Counted from the stretch's first letter, positions 11,636 to 24,626 are shown. The stretch is DNA of 64,000 nt from Euglena gracilis (GCA_039621445.1 CP154954.1:10683521-10747520), one strand, 5' to 3'. Numbers and translations: made by a program. The notes: generated from the sequence alone by a model not told the origin.

Positions 11636-13200
11636 CTAGCGCTGGCGGTGGATCGCGTGTGTCGGGACGTGCTGTCCTGCAGGCACCGCTGTGCCCACTG
11701 GGGGGTCCGCTGACTCCCCTTCCTGGCTGCTTGCCTCCTCGTCCTTCTTGATGTCCTCGTCGGGCCAGACCCACTCCTCGGGGGGGTCTTCCCACTCGGC
11801 GTTATTGATGACCTCCTGCTCCTGCTTCTTCACCTCCGCGATGATGACCGCCACCTCAGCCGGGTTGCGGTGGAGGTAGTCCAGCAGGTCCACCTTGAGC
11901 TTCTTGGACTTGGCGTACTCGATCATCTGGTGAGAGTAGCGATGGAAGAAATTCTTCAACGGCTCCCACGTGAGAGTCGGGTGGCCCTCCCACTTCACCT
12001 CGAACTCCCAGTCGCCGTCGTCTCGTCGGCGGTGCCGCCGGATCTCCTCCACCGTCCACTCCTCGATGTCCACGTCTTCTTGCGGTCTGGCCTGCCGGTA
12101 GACGAACATCTTGGGCGGGCCCCACAGCCGCGTGTCATCGCGGTAGGCCTTCAGCTGGCAGCGGTGGGCCTCTTGGCGGCGGCCCTCCTCCAGCTCCAGC
12201 TCGTACGAGTGCTCGCCACGGCGCGCGGTGACCCGGGCTGGGCCAAGCCAGTAGCTCTCGAGCTTCTGGCCCGGCCGCCTCGGAGGCCGGAGGTACCACA
12301 CGAGGTCTCCCTTGGCGAACTCCTCGAGGTCCTTCCTGCTCCGGTTCTTCTGGTCCGCTTGCCGCTTGTGGAGGTCGTTGAGGACGTCGGCGACCTTCTG
12401 GTCCACGGCCTTCTGTCTCTCGAAGAACGACACGGCATCCTCCACCATGACCGGGGCCTTGTACGGTACGCCACCAGTCCACCGATGCCGTCCATACAGC
12501 ACCTCGTACGGACTCAGGCCGTGCTGCGCCTTGGAGTCGTTCAGCTTCTGCACTGCCCTGGGCAGGGACTCCACCCAGGTGATCGGGGCCTCGGCCTTCT
12601 CGCTCCGGATCCGCTTCTGCAGCTGCGCACCGAGGGACTCCGCCCGCCCGTTCGCCGCGTGGTGGTACGCCTGGGCATAGGCGTGGCGGATCCCGTGCAG
12701 GCCGCACATGCTGCGCCACCACGCGCCAGCAAAGTGCGGCCCGCGATCACTCGTGATCACGCTGGGCAGCCCGTGCGGCGACCACCACCCCGGTACATCG
12801 CCTTGGCCACGGTGGCGGCGGTGAGGCCGCGCGTGTGGTGGGCCGTGGCCACGACCCACCCACTGTGGCGATCGACGCAGGCGGCGAACACGTTGTACAG
12901 CTGCCCCTCGAAGTCCACCTCCGGCATCACGAAGAGGTCGATGGCCACCGACGCCATGATGTACGGCGGGACGGGCGTCGGGCAGACCTTCAGCCGCAGC
13001 GGCTGGTGCGGGTGCTCGGTGGCCTGGCACACCGGGCACGTCCGCTGCAGCCCGCCGGCCACCTTCGCCGCCTCCATCCGGTCCGCGAAGACGTAGGTGC
13101 GCTCGGCCTCCTCCACCAGCCGGTCCCCGCCAACGTGGCCGGAGAGACCGAGTGCTGCTCCCTCAGCACCTCCGCCAGCAGCCCGCTCGGCACACACCAC
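11636..13200 (-). pseudogene. pol: E1 integrase (HHCC plus DDE) and C-terminal chromodomain, frameshifted
   Basis: GHVGG...CPVCQ; VAIDLF; ITSDRGPHF; NGRAE; YWLGP; WTVEEIRRHR...FEVKWEGH..LTWEP at ~11950-12065. Confidence 0.93.
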
Positions 13201-14019
13201 CTCCCCGCCGAGACGAGCCGCCCATCCACCAGCTGGAACCCGCTGGGCCAGCCCGGGCCGTTGTGGGCCTGGTCCCAGACGGGCTTCCACCGCGGGCACA
13301 CCGCATACGCCTTGCTCCAGTCCATGTCGAAGACGTTGATGTCCAGGTCAGGCTGCGGGGGCACGGGATCAGCGGTTGACGGCACACCTGCTGCGGGCGC
13401 TGCAGACGGGACTGACGCGGCCGGTGACGGCACACCGGCTGCGGACGCTGGGACGGGCATGGCCGGTGATGACACACCGGGCTGTGGGCGCTGCGGACGT
13501 GCGATGGACTGCGGTGCGGTGGACTGCGGTGCTGGTGATGGGACTGGCGATGGCGCGTTGGATGATGGTGCTGGCACGGACGCTGGTGATGCGATGCACG
13601 ACGCAGACGGTGGGACTGCCGCAGACGATGCCGACGGTGGGACTGCTGCGGCCGCGGGAGACGAGGCTGACGGGTGCATCTCGCGTGGGTGCTCGGGCCG
13701 CATACGGTGCGGGGCGTCTCGGGGTGCGTCTCGGGCTGAGCACTGCGAGTCCGGGCGGCATCGCGTGATGACGGCGATGTGGGACGCTCGCGGGACCGCG
13801 GCGAACGACTCGAGCGGGATCAGCTGGATGACGTCCAGACCTCTAACCCCCTTCAGGGTGGACCTCTCCACCTGTTCCGCCTTGGTCTCCTCGTCCTCGG
13901 GATGCACCGCCTTCGGGGTGGACTTCTCGCGCAGCTTCTCCTCCAGGATGTGGGCCTTCATCTCCTTCGTGTCGGCCTCGGTGCCGTGCCACGAGGTGTC
14001 GCGCCAGCCTTGTGAGGCC

Positions 14020-15450
14020 GGGTAGGCCCAGCGGGACATGGCATCGCCCACCACGTTGGTCTCGCCGGGGACGTGCACCACGGTGATGCGGAACTCGTTG
14101 AGCTTCGCATGCCATCTGGCCCGCCTCCCCTGCGGGCCCACTCCGGCGACGTACTCCTTGTACCACGACTCCAGGCTGCGGTGGTCGGTCAGGACGAGGA
14201 TCTCGTTGTCCAGCAGGAAGCCCGCCCACTTGTCGAGGGCGGCCACCACGGCATACGTCTCCTTGTCCCGGACATCCCACCGAAGGCGCTGCCCCTCAGT
14301 GAGCTTCCGGGACATGAAGGCCACCGGGACGGAGGCCCCCGGCCGCAGGTCCTCCACCCGCGGCACGCCGTCGATGTTCGGGAACTGCTCCAGCACCGCT
14401 CCGATGGCGTAGTCCGACGCGTCGGTGCGCAGGACGAACGGCTTGGCTGGATCGATGTGGTACAGCTCCAGGTCGGCGACGAGGGCCTTCTTCAGCTTCT
14501 CGAACGCCTCCTTCTCCTGCTCCGTCCACACCACTGGGTGCTTGGATCCCGCCTTGGTCAGCTCCCTCGGCAACTTCAGCTTCTCCTGCAACGGCGCCGC
14601 CAGCTCCGCGTAGAGTCTCACGTAGCCCGCATAGTAATTGCAGACGCCGAGAAACGCGCGGAGACTGCTGACCGTCGGCGGCAGCTGCCAGTGCTGCACC
14701 GCCGACAGTTTGCCTGGGGCAGGCGCCCTCCTGCCGTGCCCCAGGACATGCCCCACGAACTCGACCTGCCTCATGAAGAGCTTGACCTTGCGGCTGTCGC
14801 TAACCCATCTGTCCTTCTCCAAGGCCAGCAACGTCTCACGGACGTCTCGGGCATGCTTCTGGTAGAACTCCTCGTCCGTCTCCTCCACTCCCTGCCGCGT
14901 AATGACGATGATGTCGTCGAAGTACGGGCGGGAGTGCGCCTTCACCGCCGCGCAGGTGGCGTCGATGTCCCGCTGCAGGAGGGCGGGCCCGACGTTGATC
15001 CCCTGCGGGACCACACGCCACTGCCACAGCCCACCCGGCAGCTGGACGTTCGTCACCGGTCGGCTCTCCTCCGCCAAGGCCACCTGGTGGAACGCGTCCC
15101 GCAAGTCGATGGTGCTGAAGAGGGTACACTTCGCCTGCTCCGCCACGATCTCCTCCGTCAAGGGCAAGGGGTAGCTGTCCGCCATGATCTGCAGGTTCGT
15201 CACCGCGTAGTCACACACCATCCTCCACTTCCCGTTCTTCTTCCGAATCGGGAAGGCCGCCGCCCGCCACGGGCCGCGGCCCGGCTCCACCTTCCGGTCG
15301 CGGCAGCACTCCTCCTCCATCTCCCGCAGCGCCTCCAGCCGCTCGCCCTTCAGGTGGATCACCCTCCCCACCACCGGCTGGGCGTTTGGCTTGAGACGCA
15401 GCACCGCCATCCCGTGCTGGCCTCGGGGCGGCGGATCGGGGTGGACGCGG
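14020..15450 (-). CDS. pol: E1 reverse transcriptase and RNase H (within ORF 12990-15545)
   Basis: KKNGKWRMVCDY, IDLRDAFHQ, PQG, PYFDD (14913-14924), LRTDASDYAIGAVL, TDHRSL, NVVGDAMSR. Confidence 0.95.
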
Positions 15451-15829
15451 TCGCAGAACGCTGCCCTCGAACTCCTTGAGCATCTCGGCGCGCAGCTGGA
15501 CGGCCAGCGGATGCTGCTCCTCCGCCTCGGCCGTGACCACCCCACGGACTTCCTTCGCCTCCTTGGCCGCGTCGATCAGCACCTTGGCCACCATTGCCTC
15601 CTCCTCGGCGTCCAGGGCCTCGTCCTCCTCGTCTCCGTCGGGGCCGTTGACCCCGACGGTGAGCCTCATCTTCCTCACCTCGGCCTCCATCTCCTCCTCC
15701 ACTTCGGACGGCGTGCGGGGCAACGGCGATGGGCTGCGGGCTCGGACGGTCGCGTGGGTGCGTGTGCTTAGCGCTGCGATCTCGCTTGCTTCGGTGCCGG
15801 CGATGACCCATCGGGGGTCGTCGTGGAGC

Positions 15830-16200
15830 TGGAGCGCATCCCGCCAGGGTTGCACATCCAGCCTGTGCTCCTTCAGCCAGGGGTAACCCAGAATCAGGTC
15901 ACACCCTATATCACCGTCATGGACGGTGATCTGGCTGTGCCACCTCTTCACTCCTCAACTCCTCTCTCCTTCACTCCTCGCGTTGAACACCAGGAGGACG
16001 TCCGCCTCGTTGCTGCCGCCCGCCAGCAGGTCGCCGTTCACGGTCCGCAGCAGCAGCGGCCGCTCGCTGCGGCGGAAACATCCGTTCGGGAACAAGTCCC
16101 GACGGATCAGCGATGTCTGCGCCCCCGTGTCGATGAGGGCCTTCGCCTTCTCCTCCCGGCCGTCGATCTCGATGACCACATCCAGCATCAGCTGGTAGCT
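15830..16200 (-). pseudogene. E1 aspartic protease, with an in-frame TGA at 15955-15957
   Basis: ALIDTGAQTSLI ... DLILGYPWL in the same frame across the stop. Confidence 0.9.
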
Positions 16201-16539
16201 GCCGCCCCGCCTCTCAATGCGGCCCACCTGGAAGGGCCGGCTGGGGCGGTACTGCCACGGACGGACGGTGACCTTGTGGACCTTCCGCGGGTGGTGTGGC
16301 TCGTCGGCGGCGGTGGTGACGGGCTCGGCGGGTGGATCGTTGTGCGGCTCGGCGGGGGTGCACGATGCTTGGTGGGTGCACGATGGCGGTCGTTGGCGCG
16401 GGGCTTGGGACAGCGCCGCTGCTTGCGGGGGCAGCGCCGTCCGGATTGGTGGTGCGGTGGCGGACGCGGGTGCGGGTGCCGGCGACGGCGGTATCGCGCT
16501 GGGCAGCACGGCTGCTTGGCGGGTTGGTGGGGTGCGCTC

Positions 16540-17103
16540 GCACAGGTATCGGACTACTCCTTCGGGAATGCGATACGCCTGCTCTTGGGTACCGCGCTGC
16601 TGGGATGCCCCACCCAGCTGCCGTCGATGATGTCGTCGTCCATCTTGCTCCTCCACGATGTTCTCGCACTGGCCGTCGCACACGATGTCCTGCATGGGGG
16701 CCATGGAGTCCGCGATCCAGAAGCGTGTGGGCTTGCGATAGCCCCACGCCTCGAACATGCAGTAGTCCACATCGACGTACTGCATGTCCTCCACGACCTT
16801 GCGGTGGCGGAGTTTCCCATAGCGGGGATTCTCCAGCCACCACAGGGACGGCCGCAGGTAGGCGATGATCTCCTTCGTCTTGCGGACCAGGAAGTCGGCC
16901 TTCCGCAGCCGCCGCCTCCTGGTCGTCATCGCGCTGGAGTACTCGGTGCACGGCGGCGAGGCGGCGACCAGCTCGAAGTCGCCGGGCCAGTACTCCTCCC
17001 AGTACCGCCAGCGCCGCACGTCCACCGTCTTGTCCGCCTTCCACCGCGGGTCGGCATCCACCGAGATGACGGAGTAGCCGAGCTTCTCCAGCGCCCGCCT
17101 CAC
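16540..17103 (-). CDS. E1 C5-cytosine DNA methyltransferase domain (motif I missing), fused in frame to the protease
   Basis: LGYSVISVD, ASPPCTEYS (motif IV, 16948-16956), WWLENP (VI), YRKPTRFW (VIII), YRIP (X-like). Confidence 0.88.
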
Positions 17104-17558
17104 TCGGACGGGAACGGGAACGGGAAGGACAGGGAAGGGATCAGCTGGGGGAAGGGTGGGGTCCCGGGGAAAGGCTGAGAGGGTGGAGCCCCGGGTGGTA
17201 GCCAGGGGGTCGGGTCCCAGCTCTGGGGCTGGGCTGATTTCGGTAACAGGAGGGGGACTTGGGACGAGTCTCGAGGGCTATCGACTAGGGACTCGGATTG
17301 GAGGGGGATGAGTGGGAGTTGGGGTGGGGCTGGGAGCGCGGGAAACGGGGATTGTGGGGATGGGAGCGGGGATGGGGCAGGGGATCGGGGGTATGTTTTC
17401 GGGGTGTTTTCTTGCGCTTCCCGAGGGCTATCGGAAAGACTTGCGGTGGGGGCTACCACTTCAGAGTCCGCCGCAAAGGTTGGCATCCTGTCTGTGTCCC
17501 GGTGGGCCGCAGCCTCTTCGTGTGTGGAAAATTCTGGGGTGGTGTGCACGCTTTGCAT
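17100..17558 (-). pseudogene. gag: Pro-rich N-terminal gag remnant; the rest of gag appears deleted
   Basis: Lies just after the PBS; no capsid or CCHC motif; joins the DNMT abruptly. Confidence 0.4.
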
Positions 17559-17616
17559 TTCAAAAAGAAGGCACTCGAGAAAAATGGCCTTCAATGGAAA
17601 ACGTAGAACGAACAAG

Positions 17617-17628
17617 CCTCTGCTACCA
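17617..17628 (-). promoter_or_regulatory. E1 primer-binding site (initiator tRNA-Met)
   Basis: TGGTAGCAGAGG directly after the 5' LTR, complementary to the typical tRNAi-Met 3' end. Confidence 0.88.
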
Positions 17629-18228
17629 GTTTTCCCCTCTCGCCGGTTCGGTGACCGTGCGCGGAATGGGCTCCCCGGCAGGCCGAGTGGGGGAAAACAG
17701 TCACCCGGCGCTCCGGTAAAAATAGGCACACGCGCCCCAAAAATTCCCTTTTTTTGTGTCTTTCGGTCCCTGAATTCAGCCAGAACCTGGGTTCCGGCAG
17801 CCAAATAATTCAAAAATTGGGGGGGGGAACGGTATTTTTGGCCAACTCCTTGGGGGTGCCTCTGGAGTAGTAGGGGGGGGGGGAGGAAAAGCCTGGTTTG
17901 AATTTAAAAAAAGGGTAGCGGGGGGGACGGAAGAACACCTTCACCTTGATTTCCAGCGCCGCTTGCTCTTCCTTTTTTGAATTTGAATTCTTTCCTTTTG
18001 ATTGACCTTCCGGATTGACTCTTTGAAATTCTTGAACAATTGTTTTCTTGAAATCAGATTGAATTTTTGATATTCCTTCCTTCAGCATGCACAATTCTTT
18101 GAATGAAACATTCGGAAGAGAGAGAACCTGGGGGGGGGAAAAGTACACAGGTAAAAAAAGTAGCGGAATGGGGCAGAATGTTCGCTAATTCCAGTGCGCA
18201 GGCGCCAGGCCGCCTCCCGCCGCCCACA
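17629..18228 (-). repeat. E1 5' LTR
   Basis: Starts TGTGGGCGGC and ends GGGGAAAAC on the minus strand. Confidence 0.92.
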
Positions 18229-18720
18229 GGCCAAAGTTATGGCCCCGGCAAGCTTTCGGCCCCAATCCCCCCCCCCACGATGTACATTCAGGGTATTTCG
18301 GCCAAAACTGGTTCTCCAAAACAGGACAGCCCCAGCCAAGCAGTTTTTTGGAAAGAGCACCCCCAAAAGCCCCAGAATTTTTTTTACACCACGGGCTAAA
18401 GAAGCACGGCGCCAAAGTTATGGCCTCGGCAAGGTTTCGGCCCCAACCCCGCCCCCCGAAAGCACATTTTTGAGCATTTTGGCCAAAACTGGGTATCAAA
18501 ACTGACCAGTCAACCCCAGCCCCCATTTTTTGTTGAAAAAAAAACCCAAAACCCCCAGAAAAATTTTTTTAGAGCAAGACCAAACGGGCCACGCAGCCGA
18601 AGTTATGGCCCCGGCAAGGTTTCGGCCCAACCCCGTCCCATGAAGGTAAATTTTCAAGGGATTTCGGCCAAAACTGGGTGCCCATAAACCGGCCAATGAG
18701 CCCCAGCACCATGGGCCGCA
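18229..18720. repeat. ~185-bp satellite, right part
   Basis: GGCCAAAGTTATGGCC resumes exactly where the array broke at 6334; further units at ~18406 and ~18590. Confidence 0.8.
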
Positions 18721-18764
18721 AGGGGAAACTGCCACCCATTTCTTTGAGCACAGAATTTTCAACC

Positions 18765-19920
18765 GAACCCCGGAGGGGAACCCTCTACAACTACTTACAC
18801 TTCGCTTACAGCACACCGGTCCCACTCTTCTGCGGAGGCAAGGCCTCACCTTCGAACACCGGCACCCACCAGGGCGGCGCACTGGGCCCAGTGGGATTCG
18901 CCCTCGGCATTCACCCCATCTTTCCATCACCTGAAGCAGGCTGGCGATCTCCTGTGGAATTGCTGCTACCTAGATGACGGGTTTCTCGTAAGATTGAGCG
19001 GGCATTTAACTTTATCGGGAGTGAGGCCCCCCGCATTGGACTAAACCTGAACCTCCAAAAATGCGTACTTTGGGGCCCACCAACCGCCCTGGTCCCAAGT
19101 CACGCCAAAGCAAGGACAATACCCTGGAACGAAACGGCCGGTACCACCGTGCCTGGCATCCCCATCAACCACCCAGGCACCGCGCCCCAGAGCATCCCTG
19201 CGTGGGAGGACGCCACCCAACGGCCGGTGAGCGCAGCAGACGCTATAACACACATTCTGGACGTTCAAGTGACTCACCAACTTCTTCGGTCCTGCTTGGA
19301 TTGCTGCAAGTTCAATCGCCTCCTCCGGGCAGACGACACATACGCCAACAAACACAGCGTGGACAGATGCTCCGAGGTCATCATCTCCGCCCTTGATGAC
19401 ATCCTAGGCAACGCCTTGGGACCCGAACAACGTTCACAAGCCGCCATGTCACTGTCCAATGGCGGCCTAGGACTGAAGATCCCATCGGTGACACAGCCCG
19501 CAGCACGGATCGCCTCGATTGTCACTTTCTACACATCCCGCACACAGCGGGTCGGCACTCCCGCCTACGCCACAGCGGTTGACGCGGCAACCACACGACC
19601 CGTAATTGCGAACCTCCTCACAAGCTGAGCCCAAACCACACAACCACCAACGCCCTTACGCCAACCTCTCCAAATTCAGCCAGGGCGACACCGAAACCTG
19701 ACAGCAACAATGGTGGTCAAGGTAGCTTGGAAAAGAGGACATGGACCGCCTGATCGGTGCTTCTGCTCCGCAAGATCAAAACCGACTGCTGGAGCAAGCC
19801 AACGGCATCGGGCATGGTTGGATGGACGTGCCCCCAAGCACCACCTTACCTACCACCATCCCAAGCGGTCAGTACCTGCTAGGCCTACTTTGGTGGCTGG
19901 GTCTGCCAATCATGGATGAC
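18765..19920 (+). pseudogene. degenerate CRE/SLACS-type non-LTR reverse transcriptase fragment
   Basis: GTHQGGALGPVGFALGIHP, CYLDDG (~18962-18981), LSNGGLGL...AARIAS, GWMDVPP...LGLP; frameshifted. Confidence 0.75.
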
Positions 19921-22349
19921 GCGAGCTCCATTGTCGGTGGTAATATAATTAGGACAATGGGCTAGCTTTCCACCTGTAGACTTGGTGTTGGATATATGAC
20001 AGGAAGTCAGGGAAAATCTTTGCCAAGCCATTTAATATTTTGTCAGGGGTGCAAACTGACTTTTTTTGAGATAATCAAAATTTTTCATGGAGAACACAAA
20101 CAAAAAAAATAAGTAATTTGTTTACAGAGGGAAAATTGCGAGGCTAAGATGATTGCTGTGGCTTTTGTGGGTCATGCTTGAAAAGGTGGCGCAGGGATAC
20201 GTGTAGAAATTTGTGCCACAAGCTGGGGCGGGACAAAGTAATTCCAAATGTGTGGAGGAATTGGAAAGTGTCCTCTAATTGCGGAGTCCATTTCTGTGGT
20301 GTAACTGGCACGCAAATCTTCATTGAAATAATACAGTCGTGTGTAATTGTAGCAGAAGTGCCAAAAAAGGCGTGCAGTGAAAGTTGAATATTGCATTTCG
20401 TCGTTGAAAATATACTGCTAAGAGCTGTCGTAAGGCGAGGAAAATTTTTTGCCTTGTCAATGAATGTGGTAAGGGTAAACGAGAGATTTCCCAGCCGTGC
20501 CCTACAATGTGTTGCGTAACTTTGATGTTATAGTTGGGGTTCGTAGGAGGTGCTCATGTTTGCGGTCTTCCTCTGCTTTTCCGTTTTACTTGAATCTCCT
20601 CCCAACCAGAAAGTGTATTTGGGCCTGCAAAGCCGCCCCCCAACTTAGGCCTGCAAAAGACATATACTGTCAGGCCTGCAAAGGCCCCCACCAAACTGAG
20701 GCCTGCAAAGGCCTATATTGTCGGGCCAGCTATGGACCCCCTTCATTTTTGCAATATTGTCAGGCCTGCAAAGGCCAGACTTTCTGTGCATGCCCCGTTC
20801 ACTTCTGCTTCTGCTCTGTTTCTTGTCTCTGGTCCCAATTGAACATTCTTCATGTTCCTTCTATGGCCAAATCAATACACTTCCTGTCAACAATAGCCCC
20901 AATCCCATTCAGCCGCTGGCTGAAGGTAAGGTATGGGAGAAGCCCGAGGTATTCTTTTCCTAACGGTATTTTCTAAGCCCCCCACCCCCTTGACTGTTTG
21001 GGGGATATGGAAGAGGGAAAAGGAGCGGTGTGACTTGGAAACGGTCTGTGTGATTTCAATTTGGTTTGAATGTAATTTGATGTTGAGTTGAACAAGGGAG
21101 AGTGACTCCACAGGTATATATATCCGGCGTGCACCTTTTATGTATACGGTGCTCTAGCAGGTCAGAGATACACATTACACGTGGTCCCGAGGGACTCATG
21201 GGGCGTTCTATTTACAACATTGACAAAGGGAAGGGTGAGGGGAAGGTTTCCACAATTCACATCATCGTAGGTGGTGAGAGTTTTTTAGTGAGATTATAAA
21301 TGAGCAATTTGAACAAAGACGTGAGATTAAGCTACAGCACAGATGCATGCAAAGCGTGCGTGACGTCCACACCTCATGTATTTTTTCCGGGATCACAGTC
21401 AATTCAAAATGCTGACTGCAGTTTGCTTAGATGCCCAATTGGTATCGAGAGCGGGATTGAAATATATCTCCTGAAGGACTAAAATTTGTTCTCACATCCT
21501 CCCAGGTTTATTTTTATCTTTGTGTTGGTTGTTGTGTTGTTCTGTGTTGCTGTCAGCATTGCGGGTTGTCTGTGGCAGCAATGCTGCAAGCATTGCGAGG
21601 TGTCTGTGGCAGCAATGCTTGCAGCACTTCCGAGTGTTTGTGGTTTTGCTTTTGCTTTGCTTTTTTTCTTCAAAGGCCCAATCGGAGCCCCTGCGTGAGC
21701 GCCAGCCCTACATGAAGATGAGAAGCCAAGCGGACAAAACCGGTGTGCCAATGGTGGTTCGAACAGGCCTCTAAAGTGGTTGTGCCGTTCAGGTTCATGC
21801 TTGTTGTTTGTCGATCCGAGGAACCGTTCCTCGCTGTGTTTTTTCTCTTTTCTCTTTGTTGCTAAAAATCAAAAAAAACTTTTCCAAGTGAGGAAACCTT
21901 TTTTCAATGAAAACTTTTTGTCCATTTTTTTGAACATCTAGAATTTTTTTTTGAAAATACCAACCCCCCAGAAAAAAATACAAGTCGAAATTTTTTCCTC
22001 AAATTTTTTCAGCTTTCTCCACTCAGTCACACGACTAAATTCTGTCTTCTTGCTTCTTCGTGCCATGGTGAAAAACTGCATGTCTTGCGCAGAATGTTTC
22101 ACGTCCGAAAAGAGGAAGTCCTTCAAAGCACAAAGGGAAGAGAAATCAGACAAAAAGCGGCCACCGAAAGTGCATCAGCGCAGCAGCACTTTCAGCACGG
22201 CTAAAAAGTCGAATTGACAAAAATGAGAGGCAAAAAAAAAGCCGAAAAGCCGAAAGTGAACGGCATAATCGCCGAAAAGCCGAAAAACAACGGCTAAACA
22301 GCCGAAAATCCGCAAAAAAAACCGTCAAAAAACCGAAAAGCCGGAATAA

Positions 22350-23991
22350 ACCACTCATGTGCGGGAAAAGGAAGCCTTTCCACCCCGTTTGATTCGGGCT
22401 TTGGACCCTCGCATGTATCTCATTCAAGAGCTTGTAAATTTTCTCTTCAAAATTTTTCATGCGAGTCAAAAAATTATGGGCTTCGAGACATTGTACGGGG
22501 GTGTATGGCAATGCCGCCAAACCTCGATCCTCCCAAAAACTAATTGGTAGGGAGTATACCCGGTTGAATGGGCCAAATCATGTTGAAGCCGTAAAGCTGT
22601 GGGCAAGGCTTCGACCCAATTTAGCCTCTCCTCCATGTGTAGCTTCCTTAGGATTCCTTGAAGGATGCTTCCACAAACCTCCGCCCGGCCATTTGCTTGC
22701 GGGCGGTGTGCTGTGAAATATGTCCTCCTTATTCCCAATCGACCACACATGGTCACCCAAAATAGAGACACAAGTCGGGGACCCCTATCGCTGGTGATCA
22801 CATTTGGAATACCCATATCTCCCCAACTCCCATCAATGAAGAGATTAGCCGCCCGTTCCCTGGTGAGCCGTTTCTCAACACTTTGTAGATCCACCATCGA
22901 ACCAGTCAAACGTTCCACACACAAAACATAAAAATTGTATGTGTGTCCAAACCACGTACCTCCGGCATGGAGAAGACAGGCACGCACACGTGGGACCAAA
23001 AACGCTCAAGAACTGCAGTGAATTCAATGGGTCTTTTCGTGGACCAATTCAGGGGTTCACACACTTGACACACCAAACATTCTGTTTTCACCTTCTCCAC
23101 CACTTTTTCAAATTTTTGGTGGTCAGTAGAAAATATCGGCGTTCCGATTCACGCCTAAATGCCCCATGGCAATGTGGTGCTCTCGTGTGACAACTTCCAC
23201 CTATTTTTCCGGGACACACAACCTGTCCCCCTTGTACATTTCCCCATCAAAAATCCGAGTGCCACCTGGCCACTCCTCCCCTTCGGACTTGGTTTTTTTC
23301 CACTCATCTGCCCAAAATTCAGAATGATAATAAAAGTTTGACAATTTTATCCTCACATGTGTACGAAATTTTGACCTCCCCCCTCGGATCCACGGTGGTG
23401 GTGGGCTTCCGACCCGTGACGCCGAGGCGTTTCCCTTTCCACAACGATGACGAGGGGGGGGGGGGGGCACGAAAAAAGATTTTTTTGGACTCTCCAGGGG
23501 GGGTTTCCACAATTTCTGGTCGGTTCGAAACCCCAAACCCCTCAACCGATGGGGGTTCTCCAGCACCAAAGCAGTCCATGGACGAAGAAATTTCCGCTCC
23601 CTTTTCCTCCTCAAGGGTATTTCCTTTTCGAGAGGGAGGGGGAGGATCAGGGGAGGGACGGGAACACACCTTCTCTCCTCCTCCTCGGCACATTCTTCTT
23701 CGTTGTCCACCTGTCCCACCATCGTATCCTTTCTCCTTTGGGCTCGCGGAGAAGATTCACGAGGGGTTTTCCCGAGGTGTTTCGACTCCCCACCTCTCTT
23801 ACATCTCCATCCATCGCCGTTGAATCGGCGGTATTTGCCGAGTCTTCTCGTGCTCCGTCTTGGATCCTCTGTCTAGTCGCCATTTATTCGGAACCTGTGG
23901 GTGAGGTTCTACAACACTCGTTCTCGACTCCACCCCCTTGCCATTGTTGATGGAACGGCGGCAGAGTAGGAGGTTCCTCCTGACTAATCCT
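22350..23991 (-). pseudogene. pol: E3 3' part: degenerate linker and integrase
   Basis: WPGGTRIFDG...LCVP, CLVCQ, ITSDRGP, QANGRAE; homologous to E1. Confidence 0.85.
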
Positions 23992-24626
23992 TGCGGACTA
24001 TTTACTAACCGCCTGAAACCGAACTTTGTATTCCTAATTCGAACCTTTCCTCCTGTGCAGACAGCTGGCTCTGGATGTCATTGCATTGATTGTGTTACGT
24101 CTTTGGGGACAATTGGGATATCAAGAAAAATTGGGAATCCGAGGATTTCAATAAAAACAAAAGAATATTCTGAGAGGTCCAAAGTTGGTCGCAGAGGTTT
24201 GTTGTTCCAATCGTCCAAGACGTCTTCGAGGAGATTCAACGTTGTTTCACTGGTTATTGAAGTTCCAGAAGTTCGTGTTCCTGAGGGCAAGGTTAACCAA
24301 GTTGCTGGTACAGAACAACATCTTCAACAAGAAGTTGACATTGAGGCTGTGGTGAACAAGTTCACAGTGGAGAGATTGTCAACAGTTGTGGTATTGGTTT
24401 TTTGGTTGAGGAAGCTTGTAAGTGGTGCTGTTCACCTTGCTGTCCAGAACAAGATCTTGGTGGAGGCAAGTTCTTCATCATCTTGCTGACCTGGTCCTGA
24501 ACCAAGTGGTTGGTTTTCTGTTCTGGTTTCTTCAGTTTTTGTTTGTTTTTTGGGTTGGCCAGTGTTTCTGTTTCTCCCAGTTTTCAGAGCCAGTGGTTGA
24601 GTTTTTTTTGAAAGTGATCTGCAGAA

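Larger units (their letters stand above)
6335..18228 (-). mobile_element. E1: Ty3/gypsy chromovirus-like LTR retrotransposon carrying a C5-cytosine DNA methyltransferase
   Basis: Two ~600-bp LTRs, 5-bp TSD GGCCA (6330-6334 / 18229-18233), PBS, PPT; domain order DNMT-PR-RT-RH-INT-CHD. Confidence 0.93.

Noticed and set aside
9011-15957. Alternative genetic code (TGA=Trp) suggested by in-frame TGAs at 9011 and 15955
   Set aside because: Long ORFs use TGG for many conserved Trp residues; isolated nonsense mutations are a simpler explanation
11870-17178. Long plus-strand ORFs (408, 396, 468 and 451 aa)
   Set aside because: Antisense shadows of the GC3-rich pol; no recognisable motifs
19930-22340. 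Host gene exons
   Set aside because: Only short ORFs with no motifs, plus minor CAGGCCTGCAAAGG repeats; nothing supportable
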